Shown in pieces: positions 13,575 to 25,930 of a stretch of 64,000 nucleotides of DNA. The stretch's first letter is position 1, and each line of letters opens with the position of its first letter. This stretch comes from the human T2T-CHM13v2.0 reference genome, Homo sapiens. The translations under genes and the position numbers were made by a program. Below the pieces are notes generated by a model. The model was not told the DNA's origin, made no database searches, and saw only the letters and a list, made by a program, of their open reading frames with translations. Location of the stretch: assembly GCF_009914755.1 (NCBI RefSeq), contig NC_060933.1. One strand, 5' to 3'.

Positions 13575-13851
13575 TTTCACAGGATCTCACTTTCACCCAG
13601 GCTGGAGTGGAGTGGTGCAATCCTGGCTCACTGCTGCCTTGACTTCCTGGGATCAAGTAATCCTCCTGCCTCAGTCCCCTAAGTAGCTGGGACTTCAGGC
13701 ATGCACTACTATGCCCAGCTAATTTTTATATTTTTTGTAGAGATGGGGTTTTGCCATGTTGCCCAGGCTGTTCTCGAACTCATGGAGTCAAGCGATCTGC
13801 CTCGGCCTCCCAAAATTCTGGGATTACATGCATGAGCCACTGTGCCTAGCC
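13575..13851 (-). mobile_element. AluJ (Jb-like)
   Basis: Full antisense Alu body. TSD tatttat(c/t)ac at 13366-13375 and 13852-13861. Confidence 0.95.
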
Positions 13852-14120
13852 TATTTATTACATTTCAAGAAAAACAAAGTTAAAAGTATATTTCTTTTTT
13901 TCCTAAAAAAATGGCATTTGTGTACCATTTTCTTTGCATAACACTTGAGAATGAGTTTCCTTCTCATCATGAGTTTAAAGTTTCTTCTGAATCACTTTGG
14001 GCCAGTCTTAATTCTGCATATCATCTCTGTTTTGTGCTGCTCCTATAATGTGTGCTTCAAATCTTGATCTCTTTGACATCTGTATCTATATAGCCTAATG
14101 TCAAAGTATAGTAAACAATG

Positions 14121-14297
14121 CAGTTGACCCTTGAACAACACAAGTTTGAACTGCATGGGGCAACTTATATGTGGATTTTTTTCAGTACAAATTACACCAA
14201 GAGTGCCTGCCTCTCCTGCCTCCCCTTCCACCTCCTTTACGTCTTCTACCTCTGCCACCCCGAGACAGTAACCCCCACATTGTTCAAGAGTCAACTG
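14121..14297 (+). mobile_element. Internally deleted Tigger2-family DNA transposon with both TIRs
   Basis: Left TIR cagttgacccttgaacaa and right TIR ttgttcaagagtcaactg followed by TA. Internal ctctgccacccc.gagacag is shared with the longer copy at 27654. Confidence 0.9.
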
Positions 14298-15589
14298 TAA
14301 TGGGATTTTATCCACATTCCCTATTTTGTTAAACTCATAATTTTTTCTTCTATTGAATTACACATCACAGGCCTCTCTTCAAATTTAGCCAGAAGCTTTT
14401 ACTCATGGATTTTCAGTGCCTAAATAATAGTCCTTCATAATGCATGAATCAGTCACATCAAACTCTCCAAGCTTTTAAGATTTCATGATATATTTGGAGA
14501 GACTGGGCACCGTTCCCATATGCATTGCAAGAAATGATAAGTATGTCACAACTTAATCTATTTGGCAGCTTGCAAGTTCTTTTTGATATAAATTATTAAA
14601 TGCATCCTAATTTTAAAAAAATCAAGAGGTAAAAAAATGCATCATAGAATCAAAGATATATGGTATATGTGTAACAATGCAAATGCTTTTTATTTCAGCA
14701 TTTTTTTTTCAACTCTGCATGCTTTTCATCCTGCACGCTAGAGTTGCATGGATGTCAAAGATAAATCTGTAACAAAGCCACACCCTCAGACCTTCTGAAG
14801 GGGCCTAGGAACTAATATTTATATAAAAAATAAGACCAAAAAACTTCTCAAATTCCAATGAGCAGGCTGATTTGAGGACCACCATTTTAATAATTGGTAT
14901 ACTAGATTACGCTTACAGTGGGAATTGACTTTGGGAAATACCTAGTTCAGCAGCCTAGGATAGAAGGCAGGATTTAGAGAGAACTGTTGTCCAGGAATCT
15001 CAGCTACAAAAGGGAATGTCTAGTGGCTTTGCATAGGAAAATGAGAGAATTTATTTTATTGCTCTAATGGAGGAGAGGTAGAGAAGAAAGAGAGGATGAG
15101 GAAAGATGTGCTCATGAAATATGAAACCGAGTGACTTAATGTGCAAATGGGCCACGGGAAGTTTTCCTGTGGTGAGGTAGCTAACATAATTTTTGAAAAT
15201 GATAATGTTCAGTTTGTAATGATTTGCACATTGTCGTATGAAGTTTTCCTGCATCTTTCTTCCAAATGCTTGATTCTATTATACTCCTGAATTCTTTATG
15301 TAATTATTTTCTTGGTAGAAATTGAATAGTGAGGTTTGGGCTAAGAAATAAAAACCTAAAGAAATTGAGGAGGGAGCTGAGCTAACACTCTAAAATCTGA
15401 AATGATGCAGGACCAAAAAGAGGATTGTGGAGCTGAGATGACCGTGAATATATCATCCCTCAGGAAATCTTAGAAAGAGGTTTGCTTTGTCATAAGGCAT
15501 GGAATTAGTAGCTTAAGCAAATTTAGTTCAACATGTAAATCCAGGGAATCTTCACTTGACATGCCATTCAACACACAAAAACATACTCC

Positions 15590-15710
15590 TATATTTTTGT
15601 ATTCATATTTTAAAATAAATTGGGATCATACTTTGTATCCAGTTTTGTATACTAATTCCTTCACTTAGTATAATGCCACGAACATTTCCCTATATCGTTA
15701 ATTATTCTTA
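15590..15710 (-). mobile_element. Old L1ME-like fragment, probably continuing after the THE1 LTR
   Basis: aaattgggatcatactttgta...ttcacttagtataatg...aacatttccc. Confidence 0.5.
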
Positions 15711-15715
15711 GAGAC

Positions 15716-16078
15716 TGATATGGTTTGGCTGTGTCCCCAGTCAAATCTCATCTTGAATTGTAGCTCCCATAATTCCCATGTGTTGTGGGAGGGAGCTCAT
15801 GGGAGATAATTGAATCATGGGGGCAGTTTCCTACATGCTGTTCTCTTGGTGGGGAATAAGTCTCATGAGATCTGATGGCTTTTTAAGGGGTTTACCCCCT
15901 TTACTTAATCCTCAATTCTCTCTTACCCCCACCATGTAAGATGTGCCTTTTGTTTTCTACCATGATTTTGACGCCTCCCCAGCTACATGGAACTGTGAGT
16001 TCATTAAACCTCTTTTTCTTTATAAATTACTAAGTCCCGGTTATGTCTTTATCAGTAGCATGAAAACAGACTAATACA
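15716..16078 (+). mobile_element. THE1 (B-like) MaLR solo LTR
   Basis: tgatatggtttggctgtgtcccc...aaatctcatcttgaattgtagctcccataattccc...gcatgaaaacagactaataca. Confidence 0.95.
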
Positions 16079-16630
16079 GAGCATGAATTTTAATAATTGT
16101 CTATTTATTAAATAGATCATACTATGATCTATTTAAACATTATCTCATGGGATAGAGTAGGATACTGCCAGTGTTCAGAATTTGAAGTCAGATGCTCTGC
16201 CTTCACTGCCCCAGCTGTGTTGCTTAGGCAGGCATTCCCACATCATCACCTTGAAGCTGACACAACGTTATCCTTTACAAAAGGATTTGCAGTTTCAATG
16301 GCTAAGAGATTGCTCTGAATTGTTTTAAATTTATGTCTCTTTGATTAGTGAGTTTGAACTCCACTTTACCTGCTATTAGCATTTTACCAATTCATTCTTC
16401 TGAAATCAGCTTTCCAGGATTGGAATGTTAATTTATTTGAATGGATATGTATCCATGTGGCTGTGCTGAAAAAAGAAGGTTATCGATCAGGGTAGAGCAA
16501 GCAGATCTGCCTCAAGGAAGTGATGTTTCATTTGCATAATCATGTAAATTACATACCTACTTCTTTGAGAGCAAATATCCCAAATTTACCTGCCAAGTGG
16601 GATCAGACTCATCTAAAGATATCCAGATGA

Positions 16631-17133
<503 letters not shown>

Positions 17134-18549
17134 TCATGCATGGAAACCATGGAAAACAGCCTAAGCTCAGTTCTAAAAGCCACTTGTCAGCAGACCATTT
17201 CATTCACAAAACTGACATAACAATTATAATTAACTTTTCAGTTGGAGGAATATATTGAAGAGATGGTACTCCTTGCTTTCATTCTCTAAAGGAAGCAAGA
17301 TGATGTTTTCTAAGGGCTTTGAAAGGCAAGTGTCCCTCCTGACAGCTGCCACAAGATAACAAGGAAGAGAACAGACATTAAGCAACTTGTTTATCTTCAG
17401 AATCCTGAGGAAGTCACAGGTCTCTGTAGGGATTGGGTATTGGTTGACGTCATGATGTTTTCTGAGAACTACAGTAGAGCAGCTGGGGCCAGGAGGTGTA
17501 ATAACTCCTGAGCCCAAGCTCTTTTTATTGGTACTGCCCTTATGTCAGTGAAACAAAGAAGGTGAATAAAGCAATTTCTAACTCTTCTAAAGTTAAACCA
17601 AGAGTTCACCCAGTGTATTTTCCCTGGGGTTGACGAACTACCACCTGTGTCCTGAGAGCAAAGATTTTTTTTTCTTTTTTACATTTTTAAGTGTAAAATG
17701 TAAAGGACTGTTAGCCTTTTGTAAGAACAGCTGCTTCATTTTGCCTTTTGGCTGCAAAGCCTAGAATATTTACTCTCTCGTCTTTTACATAAAAGGCTTG
17801 CCTATGCCTCTGTTATGCCATCCCAAGATATCTGTACCTGCGTCAGGCTGCAGGATATTCCTGTGGCTCTCTCAGGTCTCCCCACTGGAGGCTCCTGTCC
17901 ACCTAGACCACACCTACAGTGATGCCCTGATGAGAAAGGATCACTTTTGGTATGTCTGTGTTCCTGAGAGAGAAAAGGCAAGAGGAAAGGAGGGGAATTC
18001 ACAGCTAAATTTTAGGTGAGACAGAACAATGGAGGAGGGTAATATAAGGATGGGAAGTATATGAGATGTGAGAAGCAAAACCGTCCCTGACCCAGCTGGC
18101 TGGGTAGCAGAGGCTGTGAGCTTAATGGAGGAAAAGATGGTGAATGTCCTTCCAGTTCAACAGGGAGGGCAGAAAGCTGAATGGGGAGTTTTTAAAGGAG
18201 AAGGTAGATGGTCTTGGAGAGGCCTAAATACCACTTGACTCTGTTAAAGATACTTGGAGAATATAGATTATACTTAAAAAGAGCAAAGCTGTACAGGTCA
18301 GGCTTTGGCTCAGGGGAGAGGAACGAGAAGGGCAATGCCAGAGATCAACAGCCTTGGAAACAAATGCTTTCCAGGCAGCCGAAAGGCATGATCAGAGAAT
18401 AAGAAATGAAGCAGAGAACTGCAAAGGGTAGAAACTCCTAAAACAGAACTGGAGGAAAATGGAGATGGGCCAGTGAAACCACAGCATCCAGCAAAAGGTC
18501 AGGAGATGGGGGTTGCAGGTATACATGACGAGGGTTTAACAAAATGCAT

Positions 18550-18950
18550 TCATTTTTATTGTGAAATCGTTCAAACCCTTTCAAATCTCTTTTGAAATTT
18601 CAGAAGAGATTCCTATTTCATCTTTCTTTCTGAATATACATATTCATTTCTCTTTTGCCAAAATATCCAAAATAAGTTTGCAGACATCACCAGTTACCCA
18701 TAAGTACAACCGTGCATACCTGTCAAGAACAGGGGCAGATTATGAGACTAAAGCTCATGACTGCACCTGAGAAAAAATTACTATCTCAATTGCATTATCA
18801 ACAGAGTCGAAACTCAGATTTTCCCAGTTGTTCCTAAGTGGCTGGTTTTCCCCCCCTCCACTCCCAATCCAGGAATTAATCAAGGCTCATGCACAGCCTT
18901 TGGCAGTTATGTCTTCTTAGTCTGCCCTGATTTAGAAGAGACCCATTTCT
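18550..18950 (-). mobile_element. L1MC4/5-like 3' UTR fragment
   Basis: gcagacatcac, aagaacagggg, ttcccagttgttcc, ccaatccaggaattaatcaaggctcatgc, ttatgtcttcttagtc. Confidence 0.6.
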
Positions 18951-18967
18951 TTCCTTTGTTTTGCCTT

Positions 18968-19612
18968 ATTTTAAGGTCAATTTTATTGAGGTATAATCTA
19001 CATAATTATAAAAATACTTAAAAGCTTACTCTTTAATATACAATTCTGTGAGTTTTGACAAACACATACAATTGTGTTAGTACCATCACAGATTAGAAGC
19101 CTAGATGTAGAACAGTTTCATTACCTTCCAAAAGTCCTCATGTCTTCCTGCTGTCACCGCCTCCTCTAAACTCAGTCCCTGATAACCAACATTCAATTTT
19201 CTGTTCCTATAGTTTTGCCTTTTCCAGAATATCATATAAATGAAATCATACACCCTCTGGCCTTTTGAGTCTGGCTGATTTCATGTAGCATAATGCATTT
19301 GAGATTCATCTATGTTCTTACATGTGTTAGTCATTTGTTCCCTTTTATTGTTGAGTGTTATTTCACTGCATGAATGTAGCACAATTTGCTTATCTATTCC
19401 TTAGTTGAAAGACATATGGTTTGTTTTCAGTCTAAATGATTAAGGGTAAAGCCATAATAAACATGCAGTTTAAGTTTTTTAGGTGAGCGTATGTTTTCAT
19501 TTCTCTTGGGTAAATACCTAGGAGTAGATCTGATGCATGCTATGGTAAATATACGTTTGCATTCGTAAGTAACTGCCAAAGTGTTTTCCTAAGTGATCGT
19601 ACCATTTTGCAC
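18968..19612 (-). mobile_element. Old L1 (L1MB/MC-like) 3' region
   Basis: ttttattgaggtataat...caattctgtgagttttgacaaa...ttgcctttttccagaatatcatataaatgaaatcatac...cttgggtaaatacctaggagt. Confidence 0.9.
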
Positions 19613-19879
19613 CCAAACACACAGCCATTTGCTTTGTTCACTCTGCAGAGCCTCTAAGTAGTCGTTATCTGTGTGAGAGTTGATCTATCAGTTTACTCCA
19701 TCATGTCAGAAGGGGAACACTGCCTTATCTTAATTAATATAATTATACTATCCTGAAAGCTAGCCTAAAAGTGTGATGCTACTGACATTTTAAAGTCTCA
19801 GAGCTGGAGATTTTTGAAGGGACCTAGTGTAACTTTCCTATTTACTAATGAGGAATTGGAGGCCCCTTGATATTAAATG

Positions 19880-19965
19880 TATTTATCAATTCATTTAACA
19901 AACGTTTTTTAAGCACTTACTATGTGCCATAGTCTGTGCTGGGTACTGGGACAGTAGAGATGACT
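19880..19965 (-). mobile_element. L2 tail fragment
   Basis: attcatttaacaaacg...aagcacttactatgtgcca...gtgctgggtactggg. Confidence 0.7.
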
Positions 19966-20897
19966 GGCCCCTTAGTCTCCAGCCATTGGAAGAGCGGGCT
20001 TGGATTTTAGTTTTCCACTTTCTAGCTCATTGTTTTTCAGCTACTGCTGAGGAGAATGAGAGAGAGTGAAGGGGAGAAGAAGCCCCCACAGCCTAGACTG
20101 TGGCCATGAAAAGGACCAAATTTTGGCAGCCTGAACCAGACACTGAACTACAGCAGCCTTAAGTTTTCACAAACTTTTTCTGCTAGGATCCTGGGGAATT
20201 GAGCCATATGTATAGAAAAGCTTCTCTAGGATCACTGTTGGTAGAGTGAAAGTGTGAGAGGTCCCTAAACTACACCAACATTCATCTTGGGGAGATCTCA
20301 CTGAAGATGCCCATTGAAGAATGGCAGGCTTGAGGGTGATAGAGTTAGTGCAAAGTGCAGCAAAAAAATTGCCTGGCTATACACGTTTATTTCTTGGGCC
20401 TTGCCTAAGGAGTAACTGCCAGGTTGCCTCTCCTAGGCCTGTAGATGACTTCGTGCAGCCATGAGCTGCTGATCTTCCTGAGTACTTACTGCCACATGGC
20501 TGGCTGTGGCTCCCTGCAGGCAATAAATAAACCCTCTTGGATATGGGAGTGGTTGACTTGGTTGCATTTGATTTCTTTTCTGTAGGGAGACTTAGGAATT
20601 GGCTCTGTGAAAAACGGAGAGAAAGAGAGGGGTAGAGACAGGAGAGTTTAAACCTCTTTGTCGGGCATTTTCAATTATTCATGGAAAATCTATACACTCT
20701 GTTATCAGCTCTAAGCAAAGCAACTTTGTTGTTTCTATTGATCATGCAATTTATTATCTTTATTTAAACTCTTCAGGCAATAAATAAATAAAAAGCAGTT
20801 TGAGGGAAAGAAGCTTCTCTGGAGAAAGTAATTTTCCAGGAAAGTAGTTTAATCCTTTTAAAATTAGGCTTACCGACTTAAAGATATTATCTGATTA

Positions 20898-20973
20898 TTC
20901 CATTTGATTCCCCTTTAAAAATGATACTGGTCTAGTTCCATTTGATTCCCCTTTAAAAATGATACTGGTCTAG
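20898..20973. repeat. Perfect 38-bp tandem duplication (2 copies)
   Basis: ttccatttgattcccctttaaaaatgatactggtctag at 20898-20935 and 20936-20973. Confidence 0.98.
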
Positions 20974-22342
20974 TTTTCTCTTTTAGCTAAAACGTTTTCA
21001 AGTTTCACTTCTTTTCTCACCAAACCCTCCATTATACTCATACATTAATCTTCAAAGAAAACATAGTAAAATATATTACAACCAGAAATAAGACAGTTTC
21101 TACAGTGTTGTTTCTCTATCACTTGCTGGTGAATATAATTTACTAAATCTCTTTAAGTCTGTCATTGGTAAAACTGGGACACCAATGTTTGCACTTTCTA
21201 CTCTATGGTCAAATATGAAGATTACACAAGATGACAATGATGATGAAAACACTTTTGTGTAGTGATTCACTGTTCATTACATTATTTAACATTTATCTTT
21301 TCTCTAGATCTTCTGATACCAAATCCAGCATTCTTTACCAGGCAGCATATGTAGTATGATAAAATTAGAGCGTCGAATGAGATAATCTCTAAGTTCCTTT
21401 TCAGATTTAAAATTCTGTGATTTTATTACAGCTTTTCATAGAGAGTTGTTTTCAAGCTGGAGACTCTCAATGATTTCTCTTGGGGCTCCCCTTGAATCCT
21501 GGGTAAAATGGTCACTTCTTGGGCAAGTGAGAATTTTACCAGCTTCACAGGTTCTCGGCCTCCCTCTGTAGGTCTGCTTGGCTGCCTCCAGGTCCTCGAG
21601 TGCCTGTGTGTGTGTGGCAGACTGCTGTGCTCTTCCTCATGCACCTCATCATTCTGTCCCTGTGCTCTTCGTTGCATTCATGTGCCGCACCTGCTGCCAT
21701 GTCGACATTCTTCTTGTTCATTCGTCTGTGCCTCCTGGCCTCACTCTCCATGGTTATGCTATGTTGCTGTTTCTGTTCTTACACTTACTCTTTCCTTTGC
21801 CCTTACTAGATAAGTGTTCCTAAGTTTTCTTCATCAGTGAGAAATTCTTGATTTCTGAATTGAATCCCTTTTATTTAAAAAAAGACAAAAATATGTCTCT
21901 TTCCTAATACCAACATTGGTTTGCTCCCCTAGGGTAATTCACAGGAACTTTAATAGGTTTTTGTATGGGCATGAGAAAGGCAACAGGTGAAGATCTAGTT
22001 TTCTGGGGGGATGTATGTGTAGTTACAATTACGTTCTTTACCCTTAGGAATACAACATGATACCCTCCCCCCCCAACCAATATATGCTTATGCTTAATAT
22101 CCTCCTAAAAGCTTCTTTTTTATATTATTATTTTTAATTTTCTTAACTTAAAAAATGTTTGCAACAAAAGCCACATTCAAATAAAGCCTCTGTATTTTTA
22201 TCTTTATTTTTCAACTGCTTTTCTTATTCTAGGGCAATATAGGTGCTTTTTAATTTAAATGTATCTTAAACCAAAATTCTCATGAAGCTTAGTAATAAGT
22301 GACAGTGCTAACCACAGGAAGGCATGGCACACTTGCATGCAA

Positions 22343-22540
22343 AGGCAGTATGGGGAGGTTGAAAAATCATGGGTTTTGGAGTTAGGTAGATAGATTTGAA
22401 TCTTGGCTCTGCAACTTACTAGCTTTGTTAGCTTGGAAAAGTTATATTTAGCCTCTCTGTGCTTTAATGTTCTTATCTCTAAAATTGGGTGATAATAATA
22501 ATAACAATCTCATCGATTCATTTTGATGGCTAAGAAACTT
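22343..22540 (+). mobile_element. MIR
   Basis: ggttttggagttag...tttgaatcttggctctgcaacttactagct...agcctctctgtgctt...ctctaaaattgggtgataataata. Confidence 0.85.
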
Positions 22541-25500
22541 TGCCTGTGAGCAAGCTACTAACTTAATTCATGGTGGAGGAGAATTAGTTGCCATAGGATC
22601 AATTAGAGCTGACTGAGTATATAGTGAACAAGGACAAAAAAAAAGGAAAGGAGTGGGAAAATGAAGAACAGAAGAAGGCAGTAAAGAAACTCTTCAGCCT
22701 TCCAGAATATATCCATGATAGAAAGTCACTGAGGACAGCCCAGGAAGGACAGATTATGGTCTTTTACACTCTGAGACCTGGGCCAGTTCATCGGAAGGGA
22801 ACTTTGAAAGAGAGAAAAGGGAGGGCCAAGCTGAAAGACTGGATCAAAATGGAGCAAAGCATGGGCAAAAAGAGGAGGAAGAGGGAGAGAACAATGAAAA
22901 CAGATGAGCAGAGAGGAAAGAGGAACTAAGAAATTCTCTGTGGCTTTTTGGGTCCAGAAGAGGGAGCTGGAGGCAGAAAGTGAGATATTTGTTGAAATGG
23001 AAAAATTGTTTTATAGCTTTTCAGGAAGAGGCTATGCTGGACCCATGAAATATAAATGCATGAGCTGATATATTCATGTAATAAGGAATTTGGGGTGAGC
23101 TGTAATTTAACAGAGGAGCAGTTTATTTTTAGAATCTCTCACAAGAGAGATTAACTGTTGAGGGAATACTGTGAAAATGTTACTTGGGCTAATGACCTAA
23201 ATAACCCATTTATTCTCTTTAAGAATAGGGGGCAGATGAAGGAGATGTGACTTGATTACTATTCTAATGAATGTAGTGCTTAAATTTAGCATTCTTTCTA
23301 AGAAGTGTGAAAGAGGACTCTGATAGTGAACAGATGAGGTTAATCGTCTGCCAAATGCCTTTCATTTATGCATAGCACAGGGTTTTAACCAGCGCAGGGG
23401 ACAACCAAAAACACTTCACCCACATGGATTAAGTGATTTTCTGTACATGACATAGCTAGAGGCAACTGTTCTGTAAAGTGAACGAGAATGGCTGCTTAGG
23501 GGCACTGAGGGATAAAGGACTCCAGTTATCACCGTGAATGGACTAAAGTGGGATTGCAAAATACTCCATTGTTGTATGTACATAGGTTCCTGCTTCAGTC
23601 ACAGAGTGCATAGAGTACAAAATAAAGTCTCTTTAAAACAAAAAGAAGAAAATCAGTGAATCTCATCCACGGGTTTGTGAAAAGCCCATTCTTCTCTTGT
23701 TAAGTACAAGAACTTTTAGGTATTTCTTTACTCCAGCGGGACCATAAAACTAGAAAATCTGAGCAGATTACCCAAAGTCCCCATTTTATCTTTTTGTTTC
23801 TATCTTTGCCCAGGCCCCTGAGTTTCTGGCAGTTACAGTCAGGGCCCTCTGCTGAAAGAAGCATCATGGAAACCTGGACACACATGAGAACCGGCCTTCC
23901 ACGCAGGCAAGAAGCAGAAACTGAGGCTCCTCCTTCTCCATCATGAGGAATGTCTTCTGGAAGGCCCTCTGTTGACCTCTCTTGAGAGATGGCTTTGGTC
24001 TGGGTCACCCTGGGCCATCAGTCATATTCTAATAATTTGAACCTTAAAAAGAAGGGGTTCTGGTTTCTGTTTCCTCTTTTTGTGTCCCATATAAATTTCA
24101 GATGCGGACAGATGTATAGGCATGGGGCCTTGGCTAACTGCACTCACGACTCTTAGCCAAATTAATGAAGGATAATACTAAAGAGAACAAAACCCCCAGG
24201 GTATTACATATGGATTTCAAATTCCAGAATGAGTGCGAGATAAGGGAAATGATGTAGTATTTAAGACAGAATCTCAAATAAGAGCCAACCAATACTGCCC
24301 CAGCCCTTGACCCGAGTTCTAATTTCTCCTTTTGCACATGGAAAGGGAGAAAGAAGAGGAGCATGTGAGTGGTTTGAAGTACCCTGCCATTCCTTACACA
24401 TCTGGGCAAAACTCATCATAATAAGGTAAATCAGTTAACGTCAAAATGCATCAAAGAGAAAATGCAGCAATTCCTACTAGATTCAATTTTTCAATTTTCA
24501 TATAAGAATTAAAGCTAAATATTGACAAAGGAAATTTATTTCTTGCAAATAATTGGGGTTGAAGCTTTTATATGGGGTCAATGATTCATAGGTTACAATA
24601 TGGCTGAGTTGGAAGGTATATGATCATGGATGTCAACTATGGAGGAGAAAATGTTGATTTGGGAGTTTATAGTTCCACAGAAGAAACATGAAAGAAAAAA
24701 TATGTAGCCAGAAAAGGTGACATTACAAAGGGATTTTTCCACTGTAGTTCATGAAAGATAATAGACTTGGAAATACCAGAAAGTTGCTTGTGTCTTTAAA
24801 CATTTAGTAAACATATAAGAATGTAAAATAATTTTCTTTAAAAAGGTACATTAATAATCTGGGTCAGAATTATAAAAATTAAAATTAAGAAAATTTACCC
24901 TTTAGAAAGAAGGGGAGTGGTGAAATGGAAAGTGAAATATTATATCTTTTGCAATGGTGCTCTCTAATTACTAAAATTAATTTCTCAGAAGTTGGGAGAT
25001 CTGGCAGAAATCCATAAATATAAACAATTTTTTGTTTGAAAAGGAAGAAATGAAAATTGAGACGGAGGCTGAAGGAGGAGCCCTGATTCTGTTTTCGGCT
25101 ATCCACAGGATGGGACATTTTATGAAAGGATTCAAAGGAAGCTTTCAAGGTGAGGGGTAGACTCAGTGGCTTTAAGGAGTAAAATAGGTATTCTGAATGT
25201 AGCAGAAATGAGAGGACACATAAAGAGGAGACAAACAAACCAAACAAAGACAAAGGTGAAGACAATGGAGTAGGAATAGAGGAAATTCAAGGACAGATGA
25301 GAGGAGTCTTCCAGTCTGAACCAGAGAGTTGTGTGAGACAGGTCAGGCAGCCCTCAGGGAGGGCAGGGGTGCAGCCAGGGAGGGGTGGAGGAAGGAGGGG
25401 AGGACTTACAGATGAAGGTGATGTGGAAAGAGAAATGGCTGATCATAGAACTGTGTCGAGATCCTGGGAAGTCAAGGGGGAAGGTGGAGAGAGACAGAGA

Positions 25501-25839
25501 GGGATGGGGGCTGTGTGATGTGATAGAGAACTGAGTGTTCACCATAAATCAATGAAGCAGCAATCTGGCAGCAGCAGGTATCACAAGGGATGGAGATAAC
25601 CTGGAGGGATGGAGATAACCGAGTTATTGAGGTGCAGGATACGCGGGAGCTTCATTCTCAGAAGGTTTTGAGAATTGCCTGAACTAATCATTGACTGTTG
25701 CTGTTAATGCTACATGGGAACAGTGCATTACTGCCAATGGAGAAAAAACAAGGAATATAAAAGTTATATTGTTAAAGGGTGGAAGGAGATCAGAATTAGA
25801 CATTTTTTATAAAGGTCTCTAAGATGTTATTTATTTTAA

Positions 25840-25930
25840 TAAGCTATGAGGTGTAAATGAGATAATACATGTAAGATACTTAGAACAAGGCTGAGCACAT
25901 AATAAGTGCTCAATAAATGTTACTGTTATT
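25840..25930 (+). mobile_element. MIR 3' end
   Basis: tgaggtgtaaatgagataatacatgtaagatacttagaaca...taagtgctcaataaatgtta. Confidence 0.8.

Noticed and set aside
13352-13686. ORFs with FPFLS or ERKGK repeats
   Set aside because: They are translations of the (TTTCC)n microsatellite and Alu.
20898-20973. 38-bp direct repeat as a CRISPR-like array
   Set aside because: Two adjacent copies with no spacer, in eukaryotic DNA with no cas genes.
22624-22929. Lys/Arg/Glu-rich 101-aa ORF
   Set aside because: Explained by purine-rich composition. Non-ATG start and no recognisable homology or splice context.
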